DNA from: Candidatus Marinacidobacterales bacterium
GTDB taxonomy: Bacteria; Acidobacteriota; Vicinamibacteria; Marinacidobacterales; DATDRI01
Assembly: GCA_965219415.1 (NCBI GenBank)
Contig: OZ244742.1
Span: 1,472,001-1,536,000, forward strand
DNA: 64,000 nt
Direction: 5' to 3'
Shown in pieces: positions 49,502-60,463 of the stretch; position 1 is the first letter of the stretch, and every line of letters starts with the position of its first letter. Position numbers and translations under genes: made by a program. The notes beneath the pieces are model-generated. The model was not told where the DNA came from, made no database searches, and worked only from the letters and a program-made list of their open reading frames with translations.

Positions 49502-49549
49502 CGGGATTATGCACTTGACAAATACGTATTTGTCAAGTGCATAATCCCG
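49502..49549. repeat. Perfect 48-bp palindrome
   Basis: CGGGATTATGCACTTGACAAATAC|GTATTTGTCAAGTGCATAATCCCG. Confidence 0.95.
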
Positions 49550-49562
49550 GAAAAAGGCGTCA

Positions 49563-49600
49563 AATATTCCTTGACATGAATATTCTGTTATGAGAATATA
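49563..49600 (+). promoter_or_regulatory. Promoter and tandem inverted-repeat operators of the ArsR-SRPBCC pair
   Basis: TTGACA 49571-49576; AATATTC-N8-GAATATT (49563-49584) and ATATTCT-N6-AGAATAT (49580-49599). Confidence 0.65.
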
Positions 49601-49605
49601 TCTGA

Positions 49606-49917
49606 ATGATCGAAACGTTCGTCGCGCTTGCCGAGCCTAACCGCTTGCGTATCATCGAGTTGTTGCGTGACGGACCACGCCCGGTGGGCGAAATCGGAGA
49701 CCGACTTCGCCTGCGCCAGCCGCAAACATCCAAGCATCTGCGAGTCTTGAAGAAAGCTGGACTCGTCGACGTGCGCCCCGACGCTCAGCGCCGGGTGTAC
49801 CAGCTGCGTGCTCAGCGGCTTCGCGAGCTCGACACGTGGCTGGATCCTTATCGGCAGTATTGGAGCGAAAGGCTCGACGCCCTGGAGAACATGCTTCGGA
49901 GTGAATCAGAGGAGTGA
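49606..49917 (+). CDS. ArsR/SmtB family regulator
   Basis: FVALAEPNRLRIIELL, QPQTSKHLRVLKKAGLV, WSERLDALE. Confidence 0.92.
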   Translation: MIETFVALAEPNRLRIIELLRDGPRPVGEIGDRLRLRQPQTSKHLRVLKKAGLVDVRPDAQRRVYQLRAQRLRELDTWLDPYRQYWSERLDALENMLRSESEE

Positions 49918-49921
49918 ACCT

Positions 49922-50368
49922 ATGAGCTCGACCGCACCAGCAACCAAGATAACGCGGACCATCAACGCCCCCGCCGCCAAAGTGTTCGAAGCGTGGACAG
50001 ACGCGGACCAGCTGAAACGTTGGCTCGCACCCCATCCGTACGAGGTGCGCGAAGCGGCCGTGGACGCGCGACCAGGCGGTCGTTACCGAGTCGTCGCGGC
50101 GATCGAAGGCGAAGAGCCCCACACGACGACGGGCAAGTACCTGGAACTAGAGCCGGGGAGCCGCCTCGTGAAGACTTGGTTCTACCAGGGCCCCCTCGGT
50201 GACGACGTAACGCCCTCGGTGGTCACCGTTGATTTTCGTGAGGTCGCTCCAGGAGTGACCGAGCTCACGCTGACTCATGCGGAGCTCCGCGATGACGCAG
50301 ATGCCAGCGAGGGGTGGACGCTCATCCTGGACCAACTCGTGGCACTCTTCAAGGGGACGGAGGAGTAA
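49922..50368 (+). CDS. SRPBCC/AHSA1 (START-like) domain protein
   Basis: GAGGAG RBS; APAAKVFEAWTD..LKRW, DARPGGRY, TELTLTH, EGW. Confidence 0.9.
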   Translation: MSSTAPATKITRTINAPAAKVFEAWTDADQLKRWLAPHPYEVREAAVDARPGGRYRVVAAIEGEEPHTTTGKYLELEPGSRLVKTWFYQGPLGDDVTPSVVTVDFREVAPGVTELTLTHAELRDDADASEGWTLILDQLVALFKGTEE

Positions 50369-50445
50369 TTCGACGTTGAACCGGCCGACGTTCTAGCCTA
50401 GAGGCTATGGGGAACTTGGCCTCTGCCTCCGAAACGGACGTGGGC

Positions 50446-51372
50446 TCAAGGCTGTTTCGACAAGTGCCGGTCCAGCCGCGCCAGCACACCCAACAACGTC
50501 TCCCCCACCACCTGAAGGCTCTCGGCGCTGACCTTGTCGAGAGAATCGTCCGGGGAATGCCAGTAGCCGTTCCCCGGTCCGTATGCAAAATCAATCAAAT
50601 CCACGACCGCCACGCCGCGGCGGGCAAAGGGAACGTGGTCGTCTTCGATGTAGAGCCGGGCATCTAAGAAGTGTTCTCCGTGTCCCAACCGTTTCGCCTC
50701 CGCCCACACGAGATCCTGGAGCCACTGAGTGGAGTATGCATCGCGATGAATACCCAAGTCGCGATCTCCTACCATATCCACGAGAATGAACGCCGCGAGG
50801 CGGTGGAGCTCTTGGGCCTTGTCCATCCGAGCCACCATGTGTCGACTTCCGTAGAGCGAATCGGTTTCGGTCCAATCGATCACCGCTTCCTCTCCATCGA
50901 GGAGCACAAACCAAAGCGTGGTCTTCGGGGCGGGGTCGATACGAGCCACAGACCGCGCCAGCTCCAAGATCAAAGCGGCGCTCGAGCCTCCGTCATTCGC
51001 GCCCACGAAATTCTCGCCCTCGAAACGCTTCGTGTCGTAGTGGCCGGCGAAGACGATGAATTTCTCGGTCTCGCCTTGATGCGCCGCGATCAAGTTGGAC
51101 ATCGGTATCGCCCCCACCGGCGTCTCCGCGGTGAAGTCGTCGCTCTTGACTTCGAAACCGGTAGCCTCGAGCTCGGAGAGCAAGTACTCCTGAGTGCGTC
51201 GATGGGCCTCCGACCCTGACGGGCGGGGCCCGAACCCAACCAACTTCTCCAAATCGGCAAGGGCTCGTGCGCCATCGAAACCCGTACTCGCTCCCGTGTT
51301 CCCCAAGGCGAGGAAACACAAGATGCCAACTGAAAAAGCGCCGAGGAACGGGATTCTAGTGATTGAAGACAT
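50446..51372 (-). CDS. M28 family metallopeptidase / glutaminyl cyclase-like
   Basis: GHYDT, GANDGGS, DGEE, DMVG, EDDHVPF, WHSPDD. Confidence 0.88.
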   Translation of the reverse strand: MSSITRIPFLGAFSVGILCFLALGNTGASTGFDGARALADLEKLVGFGPRPSGSEAHRRTQEYLLSELEATGFEVKSDDFTAETPVGAIPMSNLIAAHQGETEKFIVFAGHYDTKRFEGENFVGANDGGSSAALILELARSVARIDPAPKTTLWFVLLDGEEAVIDWTETDSLYGSRHMVARMDKAQELHRLAAFILVDMVGDRDLGIHRDAYSTQWLQDLVWAEAKRLGHGEHFLDARLYIEDDHVPFARRGVAVVDLIDFAYGPGNGYWHSPDDSLDKVSAESLQVVGETLLGVLARLDRHLSKQP

Positions 51373-51380
51373 AACCCATT

Positions 51381-52622
51381 CTAGTCCGCGGCCGGGGGAG
51401 GCGAAATCTCTCCCTCCGCGGCGGCGACCCAAGTCGCGCCGACCAGTTGCCTGGTCATGTTCACCGAAGTGCGCAGCATATCGAGAGGACGCTCGACTCC
51501 GAGAACCAACGCGGCGCCTTCGAGAGGAAGGCCGAGCGCGGACAAAATGATCGTCAAGTTCACGAAACTTGCCGCCGGCACCGAAGCCACTGCCAGGGCG
51601 GCCAAGAGCGCCGTGAGGATCAATGTGCCGAGCTCCGCCGGACCGAGAGTCTGATCGTACACCTGAGCGATGAAGAGAACTGAGATCGCTTGATAGATTC
51701 CGCTGCCATCCCGACCGAGCGCCGTGCCGAGCGGAAGGACAAAGCTCGCGACGCGATCCGACAGGCCCATTTCCGATGGCATCACTTTCATGGACACCGG
51801 CAGGGCTGCCGCCGTCGAACACGTACCGAAGGCAATTAGAAATTGGGGCCGAATGGTGCGGTAGAAACGAAACAAGCTCTGTCGGGCCAGGACGACGAGC
51901 ACGAAAGTATAAGTTAGGGCGACGTGCGCACCAAGCGCCAGCGCGACCACCAAAACGTAATAACCGAGACTTCCCACCACCGAAAGGCCGGAACGTCCCA
52001 CCACCGCGGCCATCAGCCCGAAGACTCCGATCGGCGCGAAGAGCATGATCCATCCGACCAACTTGACCATGACGTCCGACACCCCGCGAAGTACCTGAAG
52101 CAGAGCTCTCCGCCGGTCTTCTGCAATGGCGCTAGCCGCCAATCCGAATATCACCGACACGAACAGCACCTGCAGGATGTTGCCCTGTGCGGCTGCACCC
52201 ACCATGTTCGAGGGCACGACGTCGAGCAGGGTGTCCCAGATTGAGGGTCGCTCGGCCGGCGGCACCGCGGCTGATGCGGCGGACGGATCCTGCGCCGCAT
52301 GTAGCGCCTCTCTCCCTTCTTCGGTAAGGCTGGTGCCGGGATGAAACAAAAGCCCGAACCCGATCCCGATGTGAAGAGCGATGAGGAGACTAACAATAAT
52401 GAAAGTAAAGGCGCGGACTCCCAGACGTCCCAAAGCGCCGCGCCCCGGCAATCCAGCGATGGCAACGATCAAAGACGAAGCGATCAGGGGCACGATGACC
52501 ATCCGGATCAATCGGATGAAGAGGGTTCCCAGCGGCTCCAGGACTTCCGCCCGGGGGCCGACGACCGCACCCACGCAGACGCCAGCTACCAGACCGAGTG
52601 CGACGCGAGTGTGGATGCCCAA
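51381..52622 (-). CDS. Dicarboxylate/amino acid:cation symporter (DAACS, GltP-like)
   Basis: GTLFIRLIRMVIVPL, APIGVF, TCSTAAALP, FVLPLG, DMLRTSVN. Confidence 0.92.
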   Translation of the reverse strand: MGIHTRVALGLVAGVCVGAVVGPRAEVLEPLGTLFIRLIRMVIVPLIASSLIVAIAGLPGRGALGRLGVRAFTFIIVSLLIALHIGIGFGLLFHPGTSLTEEGREALHAAQDPSAASAAVPPAERPSIWDTLLDVVPSNMVGAAAQGNILQVLFVSVIFGLAASAIAEDRRRALLQVLRGVSDVMVKLVGWIMLFAPIGVFGLMAAVVGRSGLSVVGSLGYYVLVVALALGAHVALTYTFVLVVLARQSLFRFYRTIRPQFLIAFGTCSTAAALPVSMKVMPSEMGLSDRVASFVLPLGTALGRDGSGIYQAISVLFIAQVYDQTLGPAELGTLILTALLAALAVASVPAASFVNLTIILSALGLPLEGAALVLGVERPLDMLRTSVNMTRQLVGATWVAAAEGEISPPPAAD

Positions 52623-52643
52623 GATCGGTGCCGGATCGATTCT

Positions 52644-55229
52644 CTAAGGAAGTTTGGCCGGCGTAGCCGAACCGTAATAGAGCGTGTTGAACAAAAGCTT
52701 GAACGTGCCATGCGTTTGCCCACGGAACTGAGACCGAAACCCAATCAGAATCACTCGGCCCCCTCCGTACGGCATGTCCACCACCGCCGCCTTTCTCCGA
52801 AGAAGCTCGTCACCGAGAATCCAGCCCGATAGCAACGGGTTTCGATCGGGATACTTCGCCGCCACCCGCCCGTTCTTCGATTCGAAGTCGGGAATGAGAT
52901 TGTACGTATGGCTATTCTTGAAGAACGCGACGCCGGTCTTGTTCATGCCGTAGGCAATGGGGTGAGCGGGATCGAGCTCGATCTCGAGAAGAGAGCCGGG
53001 ACAATAGAATTCGCTCTCCTCGACGTCGGTAAGAGCGCTCTCCACCGGAATGTCGAAGTATTCGATGGGAAGCTCGGTGGCGGAATCCAAACAGACGAGC
53101 GTGCCTCCGCTTTCGACGAATTTGCGTAGGTTCTCAACGCCCTCCGCTCCCATTCCGCCCGCGTATTCGGGAGGCACCGTTCCCGCCTCGTGCCCCTGAA
53201 CGAGTTGCTCCAAGGAGCTCTCGCCGGGAAGCACGACGACGTCGTACCGATCACCGAGCTCCGACTTCCGTAACTCCGCGTCATGCAAGCTCTCGTATGG
53301 AAACTCGAACTGCTCGAGAAGCCACCGACTCCAGCCTTCGTCCTTGCTCGGAACGAACGACTTGTACAGCGCAACACGCGGCGGCTTGATCTCGAAGCCC
53401 GCTCCCCCCACCCGAGAGACGGCTCGAAGCGTCAGGCCCAACTCCCGCGTCGCCGACTCGATGTTGGCAGCGCCTCTGATGACGAAAGTGCCCTCCGGCC
53501 ACGCGTCAGACGTTTTTCCCACCGGGTGTTTGGTGCGGAAGACGTCGGCTCCGCCTTCGAGGAGTCGGTTGACGGCAACGAAGCTGTCATTCACTCGTGG
53601 GTCGAGAAGATAGACCCGCCCGGCCCCATCCACCCGGCCCGGCGGCGCCTTCGCGCTCTCGATCGGCGTGAGCTCTGCTTCGAACGACGAGTTGGCCTCC
53701 ACGGTGCGGACTCCCATGGCCAAGGGGAGTGTCCATCCCGCGACGTCGTATGGCCGTTTGGGAGGTCCGCCGGGGTACTGCGTCTGGTTCGGATGCCTCT
53801 GGGGCTGCAACAGATCCATTAAATAAGGACGGAACGGCTGCGAGGCGAGAAAGACAAAACTTCCTTCCCCGTATTCGACTCCGTCCACGACGAAAGGACT
53901 CTCTGCGCGATGAGCTTCTACCCCACCGGCGCGGAGGGTGTTCACCATTTTCACGGCGGTATTGGGATCGGCCTGATCGGAGGGAATGATGAAAGCGTAC
54001 GGCGGCTCCGCCCTGCCCTTCTCGATGCTCTCCCTTCCCATTCGATAAATTCCCAAGAGCCATTTCTCTTTGTGGCGGGCCCCTACGTCCAGCAGAGACA
54101 AAGAAGCCGTCATCATGTAGTCGATCGCATCTCGGAGCCTCCACCAACCCCCCCGCCAAGGATTAGGGTAGAAGGTCGAGGGCTCGGTGGCGCTCGTTCC
54201 GTTACTGAACTCATTCGGCAAGTCCGCCGTCGGATAGAACTTGGGGGTCGCGTATTTGTAGAGCGCGGTCTCGGTCAAAATACCGATCATGTTGTGGAAA
54301 TACGGAGAGGTTCTGAGGCCACCGTTCCACCAGGTGCTATAAACCATGCGAGACACCACGCCCGACTTCCCCTCCTCCGCAAAAGCTTGGGCCATGCCTG
54401 CGCCGATGACCTGAACACCTCTCATCACCAGTGGATGAATATTGGGGTTCATCGGTCCATCGAAAGGCGGGAGAAAAATGCGCGATGGGAAAGGGACCCC
54501 TTGGTGATGGTTGTAGACGATTTGCGGGAGCCACTGGTGGTAAATCACACGACCGACGTTTTGGGTCTCGGTCTGAGTGAACATGAACCAATCCCGATTG
54601 TTGTCGTGTCCGACGTACTTTGCATATAACTCGGGCAGAGGGCTGACCTCGTATGGCGAGCCCAGATTGCGTTTGTACCAATCGGCCACGATGTCAAGCC
54701 CATCCGGATTGACGCAGGGGAGTAACAGCAGGACGACGTCGTCGAGAATTCGCTTGGTTTGCGGGCTAGAATCGGAGGCCAAATGATAGATGAGCTCGAA
54801 GGCATGCTGGGAGTGAGCGACTTCCGTCGCATGGAGGCCGCTGTCGATGTAAATGACCGCCTTGCCTTCTTCCGCGAATGAGCGGACCTGCTCGTCGGTC
54901 AATCCGCGTGCGTGCGCGAGACGCCGAGAAATCTCCCGATAGCGCCCCAACTTCCTGAAATTCTTAGGTGACGTGATGACTGCCATGATCATCGGCTTCC
55001 CCATAGATGATGGACCGATCTCGCTCAGCTGAACGCGGTCTGACGCCCGGTCAACGAGTCGAAAGTAGCCGAGCATCTGGTCGTAATCTGCGATCTTGTA
55101 GTCGGCTCCGGGACGAAACCCTAGGAAGGATTCGGGGCGGGGCACGTTCTCGTTGGCGAGGAGGGGGTCGGTCGCGGCGCCCAACACCAGCAGCGCAAGA
55201 GTGATGGTTGCCCGCACCGATCTGTTCAA
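52644..55229 (-). CDS. M14 zinc carboxypeptidase family, exported
   Basis: GLHATE, NPDG, DNNRD, YNHHQ; C-terminal GATase-like domain; start approximate. Confidence 0.85.
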   Translation of the reverse strand: MNRSVRATITLALLVLGAATDPLLANENVPRPESFLGFRPGADYKIADYDQMLGYFRLVDRASDRVQLSEIGPSSMGKPMIMAVITSPKNFRKLGRYREISRRLAHARGLTDEQVRSFAEEGKAVIYIDSGLHATEVAHSQHAFELIYHLASDSSPQTKRILDDVVLLLLPCVNPDGLDIVADWYKRNLGSPYEVSPLPELYAKYVGHDNNRDWFMFTQTETQNVGRVIYHQWLPQIVYNHHQGVPFPSRIFLPPFDGPMNPNIHPLVMRGVQVIGAGMAQAFAEEGKSGVVSRMVYSTWWNGGLRTSPYFHNMIGILTETALYKYATPKFYPTADLPNEFSNGTSATEPSTFYPNPWRGGWWRLRDAIDYMMTASLSLLDVGARHKEKWLLGIYRMGRESIEKGRAEPPYAFIIPSDQADPNTAVKMVNTLRAGGVEAHRAESPFVVDGVEYGEGSFVFLASQPFRPYLMDLLQPQRHPNQTQYPGGPPKRPYDVAGWTLPLAMGVRTVEANSSFEAELTPIESAKAPPGRVDGAGRVYLLDPRVNDSFVAVNRLLEGGADVFRTKHPVGKTSDAWPEGTFVIRGAANIESATRELGLTLRAVSRVGGAGFEIKPPRVALYKSFVPSKDEGWSRWLLEQFEFPYESLHDAELRKSELGDRYDVVVLPGESSLEQLVQGHEAGTVPPEYAGGMGAEGVENLRKFVESGGTLVCLDSATELPIEYFDIPVESALTDVEESEFYCPGSLLEIELDPAHPIAYGMNKTGVAFFKNSHTYNLIPDFESKNGRVAAKYPDRNPLLSGWILGDELLRRKAAVVDMPYGGGRVILIGFRSQFRGQTHGTFKLLFNTLYYGSATPAKLP

Positions 55230-55317
55230 AAGAATGTCTTCTTTCACTCCGGATACAAAACGGGGCGGGCACTCCCGGCGAGCCCGCCATCGAATCCGGT
55301 GTAAACTATAGCCCACA

Positions 55318-58300
55318 ATGGCGAATCCCGTGCAGAACCAGTTACAGCAGATCCTCTCTCAGCGCATTCTCGTCTTCGACGGAGCCATGGGGACGAATAT
55401 CCAGGCCTACAAACCCGACGAGTCCGACTTTCGTGGCTCGATGTTCGGCGACCATCCCAAGGACTTGAAGGGCTGCAACGATCTCTTGTCCCTGACTCGT
55501 CCCCAGATGATCGAGGAGATCCACCGCGCCCACCTGAAAGCCGGTGCCGACATCCTCGAGACCAACACGTTCAACGCTAATGCGATCTCCCTAAGCGACT
55601 ACGGGCTCGAATCCCAGGTGTACGAAGTGAACCGCGCCGCCGCCGGCATCGCCAAACGAGTGGCGAACGAGTTCTCGGAGAAAGAGCGTGACAAGCCTCG
55701 TTTCGTAGCCGGCTCGATGGGACCCACCAATCGCACCGGGTCGCTGTCACCGGACGTGAGTAACGCCTCGCTGAGGAACGTCACCTTCGAAGCGCTACGG
55801 GAGGCATACCACGAGCAGGCGCGCGGCCTTTTAGACGGCGGCGTCGATATTCTTCTGCCGGAGACCTCTTTCGACACCCTCAACATGAAGGCGGCGCTCT
55901 TCGCCATCCAGCAACTCTTCGATGAACGGGGCGAAGTGATGCCGGTCATCTCTTCGGTGACGGTGGTGGACGCCAGCGGCCGCACACTCTCCGGGCAAAC
56001 TCCGGAGGCCTTTTGGAACTCGGTGTCTCACGCGCCTCTGTTTGCGGTGGGCATCAATTGCTCGCTCGGCCCGGCGACGATGCGTCCGTACATCGAGGAG
56101 TTGGCCACGGTCTCCAATCTCTTCGTGAGCTGTGTGCCCAACGCGGGCTTGCCAAACGCGTTCGGCGAGTACGATGAGACCCCGGAGCAAATGGCCAATG
56201 TCCTGGGCGAGTTTGCACGAGAGGGCTGGCTCAATCTGGCGGGAGGTTGCTGCGGGAGCACTTCGGAGCACACCGAGGCCATCGCGGAGGCGGTCCGTGG
56301 CGTCCGCCCCCACACGCCATCGAAGCCCGAACCGTACTCTCGCTACAGCGGCCTCGAACCGCTGACGATTCGACCCGAATCGAGCTTCATCGTGATCGGC
56401 GAACGCACCAACGTCACCGGTTCGAGGAAATTCTCCCGACTCATCCAGTCGGAAAACTACGAAGGTGCTCTCGAAGTGGCGCGCGGCCAAGTGGAAGGTG
56501 GCGCCAACATCATCGATGTCAACATGGACGAAGGCCTTCTCGATTCCGAACGAGTGATGACCACGTTCCTCAACCTCCTGGCGACGGAGCCGGATGTCGC
56601 GCGGTTGCCGGTGATGGTCGATAGTTCCAAGTTTTCGGTCATCGAAGCAGGTCTCAAGTGTCTACAAGGAAAAGGCATCGTCAACTCCATCAGCCTCAAG
56701 GAGGGTGAGGAGAAGTTCCGCGAGCAGACGCGCCTGATCCGACGCTACGGCGCGGCGGTGATCGTGATGGCGTTCGACGAACAAGGGCAGGCGACGTCGA
56801 CGGCGCAGAAGGTGCAGATTCTTGAGCGGGCCTATCGCATCTTGACCGAGGAAGTCGGTTTCCCGCCCCAGGACATTATCTTCGACCCCAACGTTCTGAC
56901 CGTCGCCACCGGCATCGAAGAGCACAACGAGTACGCCAAATCCTTCATCGATGCGACACGACAGCTGAAACGCCGTTTCCCCGGCGCCAAGGTGAGCGGA
57001 GGGATCAGTAACCTCTCCTTCTCTTTCCGCGGCAACAACCTCGTCCGCGAGGCGATGAACTCGGCATTTCTGTATCACGCGATTCACGCCGGCCTCGACA
57101 TGGGCATCATCAACGCCGGCCAGCTGGCCGTTTATGATGAGATCCCGCAAGAACTTCGAGACCTCATCGAGGACGTTCTCTTCAACCGTAACCCTGAGGG
57201 AACTGAGCGCCTGACCGACTACGCTCAGTCGCATGCCGGCCCCGGCAGGGTTCAAGAGAAGGACGAGGCATGGCGAGATGCGACGGTGGAAGAACGCCTC
57301 AAGCACTCGCTCATAAAAGGAATCGCCGACCATATCGAAGCGGACGCCGAGGAAGCTCGCAAAGAATACGGACGTCCGCTTTCGGTCATCGAGGGTCCTT
57401 TAATGGACGGCATGAGCGTCGTCGGGGATCTCTTCGGTTCCGGAAGGATGTTCCTTCCCCAGGTGGTGAAGACCGCGAGAGTGATGAAAAAGGCGGTGGC
57501 CTATCTCGAACCGTTCATGGAAACCGAAGAGGCAGAATCACCGAGTACTAACCATCAAGGAAAGCTACTACTCGCCACCGTCAAGGGCGACGTTCACGAT
57601 ATCGGTAAGAACATCGTTGGTGTCGTTCTAGCGTGCAACGGATACAAGATCATCGACCTCGGGGTCATGGTCCCGGCGGACAAGATTCTGCAGACCGCCA
57701 AGGACGAAAAAGTCGACATCATCGGGCTAAGTGGACTCATCACGCCATCTCTCGATGAGATGGTCCATGTCGCATCGGAGATGGAACGGACCCGTTTCAA
57801 AGTGCCGCTCCTGATCGGCGGCGCCACCACGTCCCGCAAGCACACCGCGGTCAAGATCGCGCCCGCCTATAGTCAGGGCACGGTGCATGTCGTGGACGCC
57901 TCCCGCGCCGTCGGCGTGGTCAGTGACCTCATGAGCGCCACCGCGAAGCCCGACTTCGTCGACAAGAATCGGCAGGAGCAGACCAAGATTCGTGAGGATT
58001 ACGAAGGCGGCCTAGCTCGCGAGATCATTCCCTACGAGGAGGCTCGACGCAGGCGTGTCGAGATCGATCCTCATCCCGCGCTGATTGCAAAACCGGAGTT
58101 CCGCGGAGTCAAAGTGCTCGACGACATCCCGCTCGGGGAGATCCTTCCCTACATCGACTGGACGCCCTTCTTTCATACCTGGGAGCTCCGCGGCGTCTTT
58201 CCCGACATTCTGGACAAACCCGACGTCGGAGAGGCGGCTCGGGAGCTCTACGACAACGCGCAGGTGTTGTTGAACGAGATCGTCGATGAGAAACTCTTGA

Positions 58301-59007
58301 GGGCGCGTGCCGTTTACGGATTCTTCCCCGCGAACTCCGAGGGTGACGACATCATCGTCTACGAGAACGATTCTCGAAAAGAAGAACGCTCTCGACTCCA
58401 CACCCTGCGGCAGCAACAGGTCAAGCGGGATGGCCAGGGCTACCTAGCTCTCGCCGACTTCGTGGCGCCGGTCGGGTCGGGATTGAACGACCACATCGGT
58501 GCCTTCGCCGTGACCGCGGGGCACGGAGTCGAGGAGCTCGTGTCCCGCTTCGAAACGGATCACGACGACTACAACGCCATCATGGCCAAGGCCCTCGCGG
58601 ATCGCATGGCCGAGGCCTTGGCGGAAAAACTCCACGAGGAGGCTCGCCTCGAGTCGGGATTCGGTAAAGACGAGCGCCTGAGCAAAGTTGACCTCATGCG
58701 CGAACGTTATCGGGGCATTCGTCCCGCTCCCGGCTATCCCGCGTCGCCTGACCATACCGAGAAGGCGACGCTATTTCGGTTGTTGGATGCGGAAAGGAAT
58801 ACATGCATTTCCCTCACCGAGACGTTTGCGATGCTGCCCGCGGCGTCGGTGAGCGGCTTCTACTTCAATCACCCCGAGGCACAGTACTTCAGCGTCGGGA
58901 AGATTGGAGAGGACCAGGTCGTCGACTACGCCCGCCGAAAGTCCCTGACGCAAGCCGAGGTCGAGAGGTGGTTGGGACCTTATTTAGGCTATGACCCGCA
59001 GGCCTAG
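55318..59007 (+). CDS. metH: Cobalamin-dependent methionine synthase
   Basis: [34 protein letters not shown]. Confidence 0.98.
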   Translation: MANPVQNQLQQILSQRILVFDGAMGTNIQAYKPDESDFRGSMFGDHPKDLKGCNDLLSLTRPQMIEEIHRAHLKAGADILETNTFNANAISLSDYGLESQVYEVNRAAAGIAKRVANEFSEKERDKPRFVAGSMGPTNRTGSLSPDVSNASLRNVTFEALREAYHEQARGLLDGGVDILLPETSFDTLNMKAALFAIQQLFDERGEVMPVISSVTVVDASGRTLSGQTPEAFWNSVSHAPLFAVGINCSLGPATMRPYIEELATVSNLFVSCVPNAGLPNAFGEYDETPEQMANVLGEFAREGWLNLAGGCCGSTSEHTEAIAEAVRGVRPHTPSKPEPYSRYSGLEPLTIRPESSFIVIGERTNVTGSRKFSRLIQSENYEGALEVARGQVEGGANIIDVNMDEGLLDSERVMTTFLNLLATEPDVARLPVMVDSSKFSVIEAGLKCLQGKGIVNSISLKEGEEKFREQTRLIRRYGAAVIVMAFDEQGQATSTAQKVQILERAYRILTEEVGFPPQDIIFDPNVLTVATGIEEHNEYAKSFIDATRQLKRRFPGAKVSGGISNLSFSFRGNNLVREAMNSAFLYHAIHAGLDMGIINAGQLAVYDEIPQELRDLIEDVLFNRNPEGTERLTDYAQSHAGPGRVQEKDEAWRDATVEERLKHSLIKGIADHIEADAEEARKEYGRPLSVIEGPLMDGMSVVGDLFGSGRMFLPQVVKTARVMKKAVAYLEPFMETEEAESPSTNHQGKLLLATVKGDVHDIGKNIVGVVLACNGYKIIDLGVMVPADKILQTAKDEKVDIIGLSGLITPSLDEMVHVASEMERTRFKVPLLIGGATTSRKHTAVKIAPAYSQGTVHVVDASRAVGVVSDLMSATAKPDFVDKNRQEQTKIREDYEGGLAREIIPYEEARRRRVEIDPHPALIAKPEFRGVKVLDDIPLGEILPYIDWTPFFHTWELRGVFPDILDKPDVGEAARELYDNAQVLLNEIVDEKLLRARAVYGFFPANSEGDDIIVYENDSRKEERSRLHTLRQQQVKRDGQGYLALADFVAPVGSGLNDHIGAFAVTAGHGVEELVSRFETDHDDYNAIMAKALADRMAEALAEKLHEEARLESGFGKDERLSKVDLMRERYRGIRPAPGYPASPDHTEKATLFRLLDAERNTCISLTETFAMLPAASVSGFYFNHPEAQYFSVGKIGEDQVVDYARRKSLTQAEVERWLGPYLGYDPQA

Positions 59008-59092
59008 GCTTATTCCGAGCTTCCAGGCTCTATAAGCGGGTGGCGCTTTTTGGCTATGACCCGCAGGCCCAGGCTTATTCCGAGCTCGAGCT

Positions 59093-60463
59093 GAGCTACC
59101 CTCAGAAGGTGTGGAAATAAAGTAAAGGCGGAGTAACCTTCCGCGTCACGAAACACGGCCTGAAGGGGCCAACGGAAGGAGACACCGCCATGAAGGAAAA
59201 GACCACAGGACGACGGAGCTCGTCAAGGGTGGCTTGGGAGTCGCTGGAGAAGTGGGCGAGGCTCGAGATCCAGGATTGGGTGCAGGAGCTGATGGTAGCC
59301 GAAGTCACGGAGCTTCTCGGGCGTGAGAAATCGGAGAGACGGAAGCCCGTGGACACAACGGCGGGCTATCGAAATGGATACGGTAAGCCTCGGAAGCTGA
59401 CGATGAGCGTGGGCACGGTGACGGTTCGCCGGCCGAGAGTACGGGACGTGGAGGAGAGGTTCGAAAGTCGAGTGCTTCCGCTGTTCAAGCGTCGGAGCGA
59501 AACGGTGAGCGAGTTGATTCCGGAGCTGTACCTGCATGGACTAGCTCACGGAGATTTCGATTTGGCGCTCCGCGGGCTTCTAGGGGAGGACGCTCCACTT
59601 TCTCCCAGCACGGTGTCGCGGCTGAAACAGAAATGGCAGGGAGAGTACGAGCAGTGGCTAGCTCGCCCACTGGACGAACTCGAGCTCGTGTCCCTGTGGG
59701 TAGATGGCGTGTACGTGAAGGCCGGCCTTGAGAAGGACAAGGCGGCGGTGCTAGTTGCGGTTGGTGGCCTGTCCGACGGGACGAAATCGTCCTGACGCTG
59801 GAGGCTGGGCATCGAGAATCCGAAGCGTCATGGTCGTCGCTGCTACGGAGACTGAAGAAGCGCGGTCTGAGATGTCCCCGTTTGGTGATCGGTGACGGTC
59901 ATCTCGGCATCTGGGCCGCGACCCGAAACGTATTTCCAGAAGCTGAGGAGCAGCGGTGCTGGAACCACCGAATCCTCAACGTACTGGACCGGATTCCGAA
60001 AAGGGACCAGGCGCAGGCCAAGCCGCTGTTGACGGCGACCCCCTACCCCACCAGCCTGCAGGAGTGCGAGACGAAGAAGGCCAAGTTCCAGGATTGGTGC
60101 TTGCGCAAGGGTCTTCCGGGGGCCGCGCACGTGCTCGACGAGGACTGGGAGCGGATGGTCAGCTTCTATTCCTTTCCCAAGCCTCACTGGCAACACCTTC
60201 GCACGAGCAACGTCGTGGAGTCACCGTTCGCTGCACTGAGATTGAGAACGGATGCGGCCAAAAGGTTCAAGAAAGTCGAGTCCGCCACTGCGACAATCTT
60301 CAAACTGCTTCTGGTTGCGGAGAAGAATTTTCGCCGGCTCAACGCACCGGAGCTGATGCGAGAGGTTCACCTGGGCGTTCGATTTGAAGATGGAGACAGG
60401 GTAACGGAGTCGTCGAAGGTTGCTGCTGCCTGAACTTTTTTACACACCTATTGACAAGAGCTC
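59093..60463 (+). mobile_element. IS256 family insertion sequence
   Basis: Imperfect 28-bp terminal IRs GAGCT..TCA..AGGTGTG.AAA; 8-bp target duplication TCCGAGCT (59079-59086 / 60464-60471). Confidence 0.88.
59190..60433 (+). CDS. IS256 family transposase (frameshift near 59785)
   Basis: YRNGY, VRRPR, WVDGVY, GDGHLG, QRCWNH, RTSNVVES. Confidence 0.88.

Noticed and set aside
51373-52053. N-terminal extension of the M28 ORF (535-aa call)
   Set aside because: Out-of-frame overlap with the symporter; the real start is the ATG at 51372
55245-55317. SAM or cobalamin riboswitch upstream of metH
   Set aside because: Only a simple GC hairpin in an ~90-bp divergent gap; no riboswitch consensus recognised
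59780-59795. Programmed frameshift in the IS256 transposase
   Set aside because: IS256 transposases are single ORFs; no slippery heptamer; fits a one-base deletion in an A run
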